A DNA stretch of 21,874 nucleotides from Octopus sinensis (Eukaryota). Every line of letters starts with the position of its first letter. The stretch's first letter is position 1. Positions 10,395 through 20,527 of this stretch are shown one piece after another. The translations under genes were made by a program, and so were the position numbers. The notes under the pieces are model-generated. The model was given only the letters and a program-made list of their open reading frames with translations. It did not search any database and had not been told where the DNA came from. The stretch is taken from NCBI RefSeq assembly GCF_006345805.1, contig NW_021823602.1, forward strand, positions 1 to 21,874. The letters run 5' to 3'.

Positions 10395-10843
10395 TTGTGC
10401 ATTTGGTGGGATTTTGAGAGATTGTTGTCCCAGATGGTCAGGCTGTGAATGCTTACCTGTATGCTCAACCATTGCAATGTGTATATGATATTTTGAAAGC
10501 CTACTACCTAGCATTAGTTAATTAGAGACACACTCTCCAAAAGCATGACAATGCCCCAGCACACACTGACAATGTAACAAAGTGCAAACATGATGAACTT
10601 GGGGTTGGAAGTGCTGCCTCACCCTCCCTACTCTCCTGACATTGCACCATCAAATTACCATGTTTTCCGAGCTAGTTCTCATTTCCTGTATGAAAGGTGG
10701 TTCAATAATGAGGACGGGGTTGAAAACAGGTGCAAGGAGGTTTTTGCCTCTAAACCAACCAAATGTTATAAGCATAGAATTGAGCTTCTGGCACGATGAT
10801 GGCAACAGAAAATAGAATAGAATGGGATATATTTTGATAACTA
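10395..10843 (+). pseudogene. Degenerate mariner (Tc1/mariner, DD34D-type) transposase, C-terminal catalytic region
   Basis: KIMLCIWWDFE, HDNAPAH and LPHPPYSPDIAPSNYHVF, followed by ...ELLAR*WQQKIE*NGIYFD. The third catalytic Asp reads Asn. Stops and frameshifts present; no TIRs seen. Confidence 0.9.
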
Positions 10844-11533
10844 AACCCTTTCCATAGGTGACTTGTTTGAACTATTCAAATATGAAAAACCTATGACTTC
10901 AGCTTGGTGTGTATGTATATATGTATGCATGCACGCACGCACACACACACAAATATAAGCAATGATAGTTGTTTAACATTTTGGGACAATAATCATCTCA
11001 TGATAAGATCTTTTTACTGTATAAGAACATGCTTCTGTGACACATGTGATATTCACAATGTACCTATAATTAAAATACTTGTGACAAACAAAAGCAAGAA
11101 ATGCAGTAATTATATCATCTTCTGGTTTTATATCAGCAAGTCTTCTCCAAGATTTGTCAATAAAAGTTACCTTCTTGTCAGGAGGACTTTAGTTTGAGTG
11201 TTTTCCTTCTTCAATATATATATTTTGCCATGACTTGACATGGGAATCTTTTACTGAATTTTCCGTGGATACATATATTCAGTTCTGTGTATACTCAAGC
11301 ATACACTGGTGGGAAAAATTTGGGCTGTACTCCATCTGGAGTCAGTCCCGTTTACTGAGAACAATAGGGTTTCAATAGAAGGTCATGTTGGAACATTATG
11401 GTGAAGGCGCTAAAGTGTTTGGGAAATTCTGGTCTTCTACCTAACCCTGTAGTACAGAAAATTACTTCACATAAGTTAGTGTTGAAACCCATGTCTGTTG
11501 CATCATTGCACCATGTAATACCTTATAAAATAG

Positions 11534-11920
11534 TGGAGGCGGAATGGCCCAATGGTTAGGGCAGTGGATTCGTGGTCGTAGGATCGCGGTTTCGATTCCC
11601 AGACCGGGCTTAGTGAGTGTTTATTGAGTGAAAACACCTAAAGCTCCACGAGGCTCCGGCAGGGGATGGTGGTGATCCCTACTGTACTTTTTCACCACAA
11701 CTTTCTCTCACTCTTACTTCCTGTTTCTGTTGTACCTGTATTTCAAGGGGCCAGCCTTGTCACTCTCTGTGTCATGCTGAATATCCCCGAGAACTACGTT
11801 AAGGGTGCACGTGTCTGTGGAACGCTCAGCCACTTACACGTTAATTTCACGAGCAGGCTGTTCCGTTGATCGGATCAACCGGAACCCTCGTCGTCGTAAC
11901 CGACGGAGTGCTTCCATCCA
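11534..11920 (+). mobile_element. Full-length tRNA-derived SINE (family B)
   Basis: A-box TGGCCCAATGG, B-box GGTTTCGATTCCC (11588-11600), relatively CpG-rich body; head homologous to 9840-10035. Confidence 0.8.
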
Positions 11921-12256
11921 CCTTATAAAATATCATAGAATACGAGCTGGACATAAGAGGCTATGCATATAACTGATCAACCAGATACAAGCATTATATA
12001 TACAATTCTGTGCAAAATACCATCATGACAAGACCTCTTCTATTTTGGTTTCAGTTATTTACCCTGTTCAAGATCATAATACTGTACAGTAAGAAATGTT
12101 GAAGTATTTGTGAAACAATGTTAATGTGACAATATTAAAATTAAATATGAAAATTTTGTTTCACAGCAATTTGATTTCACACTATGACACTGTTTTCATG
12201 AGGAAATAAGTCAGAAATTTTATATTAGATTGCTGCTTTTGCATTTACTAGTATTT

Positions 12257-12545
12257 CATCATCATCATCATCGTTTAATATCTGCTTTCCATGCTGGCAT
12301 GAGTTGGACGGTTTGACTGAGGGCTGGCTAGCCAGAAGGCTGCACCAGGCTCAAATCTGATCTACCAACATTTCTACAGCTGGATGTCCTTCCTAACGCC
12401 AACCACTCTGAGATTGTAGTGGGTGCTTTTTACGTGCCACTGCATGAGGGGCAGTACTGGCATCAGCCACGCTTGAATAGTGCTTTTTACATGTCACTGG
12501 CATGGGAGCCAGTCAGGGGGCACGGCACTAGCAATGATCACATGA
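12257..12545 (-). mobile_element. Diverged RTE 3'-UTR copy with (TCA)n tail
   Basis: (TCA)n at 12257-12272, then TTTCCATGCTGGCATGAGTTGGACGG...GTAGTGGGTGCTTTTTACGTGCCAC, homologous to 781-962, with further degenerate subrepeats. Confidence 0.8.
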
Positions 12546-12967
12546 CACAATAACAGGATTTTATATCAAGATGTTATTTTTGGATTGTTGCAGACATTTT
12601 GGACAACCTTAGTTTCTTCTTTAAACAATTTTTTTGTTCAGAAATGGATATTAGAAAATTTATGAAAATATGAAGATTGGTTGAAAGGGAGACTTTAAAT
12701 AATGAATTTTAAGGAAGCAAAATAAGCCTATGCATTAACAAAGTACAAATTCCATACTTGATTTTATAACTGACTACCATAACTCTGCATGCTCTAGTTT
12801 TGTCAGTAGTAATGCATCTGGTTGTATATCAATTCATACAAAAAAAAAAAATAGATGAATCAAAGTACTTTTCTTGTTATTTTGTTGTTGTCTTTTGAAG
12901 TGTTGCACACCTCCACCAGTTTTTATGATTTCAAAGTGTATTTAATTATTTTAGCGATTTAGTTATT

Positions 12968-13100
12968 TTTGTAGGAGTGGCTGTGTGGTAAGTAGCTTGT
13001 TTACCAGCCACATGGTTCCAGGTTCAGTCCCACTGTGTGGTACCTTGGGCAAGTGTCTTCCACTATAGCCTCGGGTCAACCAAAGCCTGTGAGTGGATTT
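12968..13100 (+). mobile_element. Family A SINE, 5' part only
   Basis: GTAGGAGTGGCTGTGTGGTAAGTAGCTTG...GGTTCAGTCCC...CCTTGGGCAAGTGTCTTC; ends after GTGAGTGGATTT. Confidence 0.85.
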
Positions 13101-13157
13101 TCGAGGATGATTTATTGGTTACAGGGAATGATTGCATGTATAAAAAATAACAAATAG

Positions 13158-13560
13158 GCGTAGGAGTGGCTGTGTGGTAAGTAGCTTGCTTGCCAATCAC
13201 ATGGTTCCAGGTCCAGTCCCACGGTGTGACTCCTTGGGCAAGTGTCTTCTACAATAGCCTTGGGTCGACCAAAGCATTGTGAGTGGATTTGGTAGACGGA
13301 ATCTGAAAGAAGCCCGTCGTGTATATGTATATATATATGTATGTGTATATGTTTGTGTGGCTGTGTTTGTCTCCCTCAACATCGCTTGACAACGGATGCT
13401 GGTGTGTTTACATCACCGTAACTTAGCAGTTCAGCAAAAGAGACCAATAGAATAAGTACTAGGCTTACAAAGAACAAGTTCTGGGTTCGATTTGCTCAAC
13501 TAAAGGCGGTGCTCCAGCATGGCCACAGTCAAATGACTGAAACAAGTAAAAGAGTAAATG
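13158..13560 (+). mobile_element. Full-length family A SINE
   Basis: A and B boxes, CCTTGGGCAAGTGTCTTC CORE-like segment, internal (TA)/(TG) tract, and the 3' end GGCGGTGCTCCAGCATGGCCACAGTCAAATGACTGAAACAAGTAAAAGAGTAAA. Confidence 0.9.
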
Positions 13561-13699
13561 AAAAGAAGATTTCTGCAATTATTTTCAACACTTTCAAACA
13601 TTATATTATATTGTACATATGACATTGCTTTATGTGGACAAAATCACACAGCTGGAAGTGCTCAAAGTCTCAATAAGTTCTGCATTTGAAATCATTTAG

Positions 13700-14085
13700 A
13701 AAATTTTTCAGAAAATGAACTGATCAATTGTATGATGAAATTATAAGGAAAGTAATAGTTCTTGTAGTCAATGCTTCACCTGGAATTTCAGTAATTGTTG
13801 ATGGAAGTACTGACATATCTTAAGAAGAAGCAATTGTTACTTGCTGTGTGATTTGTTGACACAACTAAACCTGATAGTATTATCTGTGAGAAATTCTTGA
13901 CATCACAACACTAAGTGAATTGGATGCTGTCTCCATTGTCAGAGCAATATTGATTAGTTGACGAAATGTGGGTTAAATCAAGAAAATCTACTTAACCAAG
14001 TATTTATAGTGGCAGGAAAAGTAGGTACAGTGCAAGTTGAAGTAAAGAGCAAATATTCAAAAAGTTGTACTTATTCATTCTAAAA
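13700..14085 (+). pseudogene. Highly degenerate hAT-superfamily transposase fragment
   Basis: Manual translation across frames: ENELIN...ISVIVDGSTDIS*..KQLLLAV*FVD...ICEKFL...SIVRAIL..L.KCGL...GKVGTVQ..VKSKY. This resembles the hAT pattern QNELI...FSII.DETTDIS..EQL...R.VD...E.FL...GL...G...GVQ. Confidence 0.55.
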
Positions 14086-14114
14086 TAATAATAAATGCAC
14101 CCTTTTAAAGCCTA

Positions 14115-14272
14115 GCCAGGCTCATGGGCCTGGTTTCCCGGTTTCAGTGGCGTATGTGCCCCCCAGCTGGATGGGACACCAGTCCATTCCAGCGTTACTC
14201 ATTTTTCCAGTTGAGTGGACTGGAGCAATGTGAAATGAAGTGTTTTGCTCAAGAGCACAATGCAAAGTACTT
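14115..14272 (-). mobile_element. Fragment of a third SINE type (V-domain-like centre, tentative)
   Basis: Minus strand TGTGCTCTTGAGCAAAACACTT...AAATGAGTA...ATGGACTGGTGTCCCATCCAG resembles SINE central domains as I recall them; no head present. The family label is unverified. Confidence 0.5.
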
Positions 14273-14301
14273 ATTCTACTGGTCTCTTGTGCTGAACTGC
14301 T

Positions 14302-14574
14302 AAGAAAAACGTTTATAATTACGAACAAGTCACCATTATAACTAAGAGGGTTAGAAAACCGCTACATGTTAAAAATAGCAGCCAAAACCACTATGAAGCC
14401 ATTATATCAATCATATTATTTCTCCTCACGATAAAGAATGCCTTCAGGCGACATGGCAAATAGAGTCCGCAACTATTGTAATTTCAGTGTTAGGGACCTA
14501 TTTTTAACTTGTAAGGGGGTTTTAACCATTTTAGTTATAATTGTGACTTGTTTATAATCATAAACGTTTTTCTT
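14302..14574. mobile_element. Short member of the same MITE-like family with about 43-bp TIRs
   Basis: AAGAAAAACGTTTATAATTACGAACAAGTCACCATTATAACTA (14302-14344) pairs with 14532-14574. The interior GAGGGTTAGAAAACCGCTACATGTT..AAATAGC..CAAAACCACTAT.AAGCCA aligns to about 5875-5945. Confidence 0.7.
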
Positions 14575-15192
14575 CTTTATATTTTATAACATGTTTGGCC
14601 ATTAATATACTCATAAAAAATCTTAAGTATTTATTATATATCCTCCGTAATGTTTTTACATTACTCTCTACTTATACATATATATATATATTAATAAATA
14701 AAAAAACAAACAAATGCATATATATAAACATATATGTACGTACCTACCTCTACATGTACATATACACGCATATATGAGTACAGGACACCAAAAGGACGTC
14801 GAACACAATGAGAAACGAAAACAGACACAAACCAAAGGAACTGGACATATATTTAAAAACAAAAACAAAATAGAATACAGGACAATTAACACAAAGAAAA
14901 AACCCCTTCTTCAGTCGCTAAAGCTTTCATCTACTCTACGTTTCGAAGGATAAAAGCGAGACGTATCTTCGACGAGAAAACTTTCCTTCCTGCGAAAAGC
15001 AAATCAATTAAAATTCTGAGATCTTTTCGCAGAGGGGTAAAAAATAGTAAAAACAGGACAGTAACGACAGTGCAAATTGTAAACAGTAGAAGACAGGACA
15101 AGGAAAAACAAGATAAGAAGGGCTGTTGACGCCGAACGAAAAAAAGTATTACAAACACAGAATTTTTTATGGATGGCGAGTGGAGGAAAAAG

Positions 15193-15302
15193 AGTGACGT
15201 CCATTACTTTGAAAAAGCCAGGCGAGAGAGACAGCAGCGGAAGTGACGTCGCGGGTGAACGACGGGAAGGCGGAAGTGACGTCGCGGGTGAACGACGGGA
15301 AG
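15193..15302. promoter_or_regulatory. Tandem 33-bp duplication carrying two overlapping ETS-CRE motifs, plus a third CRE-like site, in a CpG-rich segment
   Basis: GCGGAAGTGACGTCGCGGGTGAACGACGGGAAG occurs exactly at 15237-15269 and 15270-15302; AGTGACGTC also occurs near 15193. Function is inferred from the motif only. Confidence 0.45.
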
Positions 15303-15774
15303 GGGGGAGGAGGAGCAAGAGAAAGGGAGAGAAGAAGGGGAATGGCTGCGAGGAAACCATGAAGAATGGGGAGGGGGAGAGAATGAGAGAGAGGAAGAGA
15401 CAAGTTAAGTAGAGGAAAAGGAAAACAAAGAATGAAGGCTGAGAAAGGGATGGGACAGAAAAGTTAAGAGTGCGCGTAAGAGTAAATATCAAGAACAAAA
15501 ACTTGATATAAAGAACAATCTTACTTAGTGGGGTGCGTGCGTTTCATCATATATATATTAATAAACAAAATAAACATATGCATTCGGAATGGTCATATGC
15601 CAGTTTAGCCAATAATTAACATACTATATATATATATATGATGTATATATATATATATATATTATATATATGTATGTATGTATATATATATATTTATTAT
15701 ATCTATTTTATCTTTCACTTAGGCCCAAATCTTAGTTAAAGTTGCGATCGTCATTTTTTTGTTTACATTTTCAA

Positions 15775-16652
15775 TAACGTTTCGATATAATAATTTCCAG
15801 ATACTCTATCTTCTAATTAGCCTTAAGATTAAATTAAATAACGTTTAATATTGTTTTCATATGTTAATAATTTTTCAGATACTCTATCTCTAATTAGCCT
15901 TAAGATTAAATTAAATAACGTTTAATATAAAAACATCTAATTAGCCTTAGGATTAAATAAATAACGTTTAATATTGTTAATAATTATTGTTAATTAGCCT
16001 TAGGATTAAAATTAATAACGTTTAACATTGTTTAATATTGTTAATAATTACTGTTAATTAGCCTTAAGATTAAATTAAATAACGTTTAATATTCCCCACT
16101 CTAATATAATATTAACATTGCTAATATATTTTCAGATACTCTATCTCCTGATTAGCCTGAAGATAAATAACGTTTTTATCCACACTCTAATATAAATTAA
16201 TATTGCTAATATATTTTCAGATACTCTATCTTCTAATTAGCCTTAAGATTAAATTAAATAACGTTAATATTAATAACGTCTAATTAGCCTTAGATTAAAT
16301 TAAATAACGGTTAATATGCTTAATATTGTATATATAATTTTTCAGATACTCTGTTTCTAATTAGCCTTAAGATTAAATTAAATAACGTTTAATATTACCC
16401 ACACTCTAATATAATATTAATATTGCTAATATATTTTCAATACTCTATCTCCAAATTAGCCTTAAGATTAAATAACGTTTTTTTTACCCACACTCTAATA
16501 TAATATTAATATTGCTAATATATTTTCAGATACTCTATCTCCTAATTAGCCTTAAGATTAAATAACGTTTTTACCCAAATAACGTTTTTACACAAAACTT
16601 TAATATTGTTAATATTTCTTTTTCAAGTACTCTATCTCTAATTAGCCTTAAT
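15775..16652. repeat. Modular AT-rich tandem array with 12 copies of the core TAATTAGCCTTAAGATTAAA(TTAAA)TAACGTT and variable linkers; probably part of the LINE 5' region
   Basis: Cores start at 15814, 15891, 15938, 15991, 16055, 16149, 16234, 16281, 16358, 16453, 16543 and 16639 (spacing 47-96 bp). Linkers reuse the modules TTTTCAGATACTCTATCT and CCCACACTCTAATATAATATTAATATTGCTAATA. Confidence 0.9.
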
Positions 16653-16712
16653 ATCTTCCTGTCTTCTCTCGAACATAATTAGATAGATAAACGGATAGAC
16701 GGATTATCCAGC

Positions 16713-17622
16713 ATGTCCAGAGCATGGAGACGTGACGAGCTGGATTTATTCGTACGAGCATGGGAGTGCGCCGGCGGAGATAGCCCTAGCGAGGTGATTG
16801 CGGCTGCGCTGAAGAGCAGAGGCTACAAGAGGACAGCGGCTCAGATGGAGCGAAAGAGACAGGAATTCGTGCGCTCATATGCGCTTGTACGGTCGCACAT
16901 TGGCGCACTTGATGCCATCTTTGAGAACGAGCGGGGCAAAGATGGCAAGAATGGAGACGATGAAAGAAGTCACCCCCACCTGGTGGACGCCCGGGAGAGG
17001 TTTGAATGAGAAACCTGCCCGGGAAGTGAACCCAGGTGCAAGTTCTCCAACCGGCAGCAAGGGCCATGGAGACGGAGAACCCAGTGAAGAGGTAGAGGGA
17101 GGAAGAAGAACTAAAAGAAGGACTGGAAGAGCTAAAGGAAAAGAAAAAGCTCAAGCAGGACCAAAGAGTGAAACAACCAGGAATAGAAGTGGAACCGCAA
17201 AGGATGGAACCAAACAGCGCACACGGGTGTGTATGTTCTACCTGAGAGGTTCCTGCTGGCATGGAAAGGAAGGTGCAGGCTGCCGCTTTGCACATCGGGG
17301 ACCCTGCCACAGAGACACGAGGCAGATGGACAAACCATCAACACAAAGAAAAGGGATGGACCACGCACCACCTGCCCCAAAGCGGAGGTACGCAGATGTT
17401 GTGCGCGCCACAAACAGCCAACATGATGTTGTCGAAAGAGCAGCTGCTGAGCAACAATCTTTTTTGTGCATGGCACAAAAGATTGTACAGCAGCTGACCT
17501 GGCTTCATCAAACCCAAGCCCGCAGGTGGGACTACCCACTATATACCAGACCACCACAGCAAACAGACACAGGATGGACACCGCCGGCAACAACGTACAC
17601 CTCACCTCGATACTCCTACTGA
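16713..17622 (+). CDS. LINE ORF1 (about 300 aa after repairing one frameshift near 16932): Myb/SANT trihelix-like N-terminus, basic linker, CCCH zinc finger
   Basis: MSRAWRRDELDLFVRAW...IAAALKSRGYKRTAAQMERK in ORF 16713-17009. Removing one G from CGGGGC joins it to AKMARMETMKE... in ORF 16879-17622, which contains CMFYLRGSCWHGKEGAGCRFAH. Confidence 0.7.
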
Positions 17623-20527
17623 ACATCAGAGGACTGCAAACACTCAGTAACAGGACAAAGATCCCGTTCTGAGAGACTGTTGCATGCAATCAAGCCATAT
17701 GCATAGCACTTACAGAAACGCACCTGAAACCGGACATAGCAGATGCGGAGTTACATATACCACAGTATGCTGTACTACGGACCGACAGGAAAGAAAGGAG
17801 TCATGGAGGTGTTGCTATGTACATCCGTGAGGACCTCACACCCCAGGTCCTCTTGTCATACTCAAACTCGGTGTGTGACACACTAATTGTACATATTAGG
17901 CAACTTGATATAGTTGTGTGTGCTACATATCGCCCTCCAAATGCCCCAAGCCATGTGGGCAAGTTTGAAGCCTGCCTTATAAAAATAGAAGAAATTCTAA
18001 CCACATTAGAACAACACATAGGTGTGCTTCTTATGGGCCTTTCTCTCCCAGGAATGACAAGATGTGAACGAGGACAGGCGAGGTCCCTCCTGAACCTCAT
18101 CAACACCCTGTACATGGAGCAGGTAATACTCCAACCAACCAGGGCAGGTAACACACTGGATCTCTGCTTCACAAATGACATGGATCTCATCCATAATGTG
18201 AAAGTGACACCGACACTACTCTCGGATCACAACATGATAGAGCTGACCATGTACGGGCCAAAAGAGAGCACGGACATGCAGCCTACAAGAAACCCTCAAA
18301 ATCTTTCCAGCTTGAACTACCATAAGGCAAACTGGAAACAAATTGAGAAAGAGATCCTCAAACAAAACTGGCCTAAATGTCTCTCCTCGCCAGACATCGA
18401 CGTGAAACTTCAACAATTCATGTCTGTAATGCAAGCCATATGCTACAAATGTGTCCCAGAGAGAAAGGCCACTGTACACAAGAACAAAATCCCCAGAGAG
18501 AGGAAAATTTTAATGAGACGGCGTACGAAATTTTCAAATCGCCTAAACAAACAGATTGAAAGCAGTGAAAAGTCCCGCCTAAAAATAAAACTGTTGGAAA
18601 TCGAAAAATGTCTGCAACTCTCCCATGAAAAAGAAAGAGCAGACAAAGAAGCCTGGGCTATAGAAAAATAAAATCTAACCCCAGAGCTTTCTACAGGTAT
18701 GCCAAAGAAACAGCTACAGTGCACTGTAGAATAGGGCCACTCCTCGAAAAGGATGGCACACTTACAGGAAAACCAATGAGGGTAAGTGAAATACTGAATG
18801 AGCAATTCAAGAGTGTTTTCACTCCACCCCTTGGGCATCTCCAAATCACCAATCCAACTGACTTTTTTACCACTGCAGATATAAAATCAGAGGCGGCGAC
18901 GATAGATTACATCGATATAAAGGAAGACGATGTAACCAAGGCTATAGATGAAATGAAAACAGACTCAGCTACTGGCCCCGATGGATTCCCGGCAATCCTC
19001 CTAAAAGCATGTAAGAGAGTCCTAGCAAGACCACTGCAGTTCCTCTTTCAGAGCTTCCTTGCAGCTGGCAAACTTCCAGGAAAACTGAAGGAAGGTAAAA
19101 TATGCCCCATTCATAAAGGAGGTAGCAGAGCGGAAGCCAAGAACTATAGACCTATCTCTCTGACCTCACACATCAGCAAGGTCATGGAACGAATAGTCAG
19201 AAGGAAGCTGATCACCTTCCTTGAAGAGAATGACTTGCTGCCCGACACCCAACATGGTTTCCGACCAGGGGAAGCTGTTTAACTCAGCTCCTACAACACT
19301 ATGACTGGGTGCTGAAACGGCTGCTCAACCACTCAAATGTGGAAGTGATATATCTCGACTTTGCAAAGGCCTTTGATAAAGTCGATCATGGAATGATATG
19401 TCACAAACTGCGTGATCTCAACATAGTTGGAAAACTGGGAGAATGGCTTCATGACTTTCTGAAGGATAGAAGTCAGGTGGTAGTAGCCAATGGGGCCACC
19501 TCCATTAACACACAAATAGTGAGCGGTGTTCCGCAGGGCACTGTTCTGGGACCACTACTGTTCATAATGGCCCTCTCAGACATGCCCTCAGCCACGCAGA
19601 GAGCCACGATCACAAGTTATGCAGATGATACAAAAGTTTCACAGGCAATACAGAACCCTGAGGACACTAAACACCTGCAATGTGAGCTGGACGAAATATA
19701 CAAGTGGGCTGAAAAGAATAGCATGCAGTTCAATGCTGGAAAGTTTCAAGCTTTATACTATCAGCATGCAAAACTGAATGCAATACCCAATGAATACACT
19801 GGACCCGGAGGGATTGCAATCCCAGAGGCACAATCAGTGCGTGACCTGGGTATTCACATGAGTGATGACGCGACCTTTCATGTACATGTTGCTAAACTGA
19901 CAATGAAATGTAGACGGCTGGCTGGATGGATTCTTAGAACCTTTAGAACAAGAGAACAAGAAACCATGATGGTCCTCTGGAAGACACTTGTCCTAAGCCA
20001 CTTTGACTATTGCTCTCAGCTATGGTCACCATCCAGTGTCAAGTTGATCACAGAACTTGAGGCGATCCAACGAAGCTACACAAAGATAGCCTCTATGCAG
20101 AATGTAAGCTACTGGGAAAGACTCAAGAGATTAAAATTATATTCCCTGGAGCGTAGGCGGGAAAGATATGCCATAATATACATCTGGAAGATCCTGGAGG
20201 GAAGTGTCCTGAACTTTGGCATCGAGAGTTACGCAAATGCCAGAACTGGGCGCCACTGCGTGGTGCCTAGGACTCCAAACCTGCCATCAAGATGTAGGAC
20301 AAGATTCTGTGATAGCCTGGGTTTCCGAGGCCCACAGCTCTTCAATATCCTCCCGAAGAACCTGAGAGACCTGCATGGGGTGGATACAGATGTCTTTAAA
20401 ATGAAGCTGGATCTCTTCCTGTCAGGTGTGTCCAGATGAACCAACTTCACGGCAGGAGGGGCAGATGAGGGCAGCTGCATCGAACTCTCTCATGCACCAA
20501 ATAGCAGTTGCTAGAAAACCTCCATGA
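17574..20527 (+). pseudogene. LINE ORF2: AP endonuclease plus reverse transcriptase (CR1 clade), disrupted as assembled
   Basis: EN motifs LLNIRGL, ALTETHL, RTDR..R..GGV, YRPP, PTR.GNTLDL and SDH. RT motifs GPDG, NYRPISLTS, QHGFR, YLDFAKAFDKV, GVPQGTVLGPLLF and YADD. CR1-type C-terminus LYSLERRRERY...PDEP...AASNSL. Breaks: TGA at 17670 and frameshifts near 18666, 19270 and 20430. Confidence 0.92.

Noticed and set aside
10975-11446. Candidate minus-strand exon (AG at 11447, GT at 11170) and a ~70-codon stop-free run
   Set aside because: The 276-nt candidate has stops in all three frames. A 70-codon run is expected by chance in a window of this size, and I recognise no protein motif.
11534-11606. 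tRNA gene call for the SINE heads (also about 13160-13235 and 2420-2494)
   Set aside because: A and B boxes are present, but there is no complete cloverleaf or acceptor stem, and each continues into a repeated SINE body.
14900-14950. Possible permuted hammerhead on the minus strand (CCUUC-GAAACGUA...CUGAAGA-AGGGG)
   Set aside because: Core-like words and a palindromic ACGU are present, but no stem I can form next to the cores and stem II is weak.
15004-15498. 164-aa minus-strand ORF and two overlapping ~79-aa ORFs
   Set aside because: Low-complexity purine/pyrimidine-biased sequence plus the 33-bp duplication; no domain signature.
15775-16652. CRISPR-like appearance (constant repeat with variable spacers) next to a reverse transcriptase
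   Set aside because: Linkers are homologous to one another and vary from about 15 to 65 bp, there are no cas genes, the context is eukaryotic, and the RT is a standard CR1 LINE enzyme.
16786-18873. Antisense ORFs of 60-185 aa over the LINE
   Set aside because: Expected shadows of GC-richer coding sequence; no motifs.
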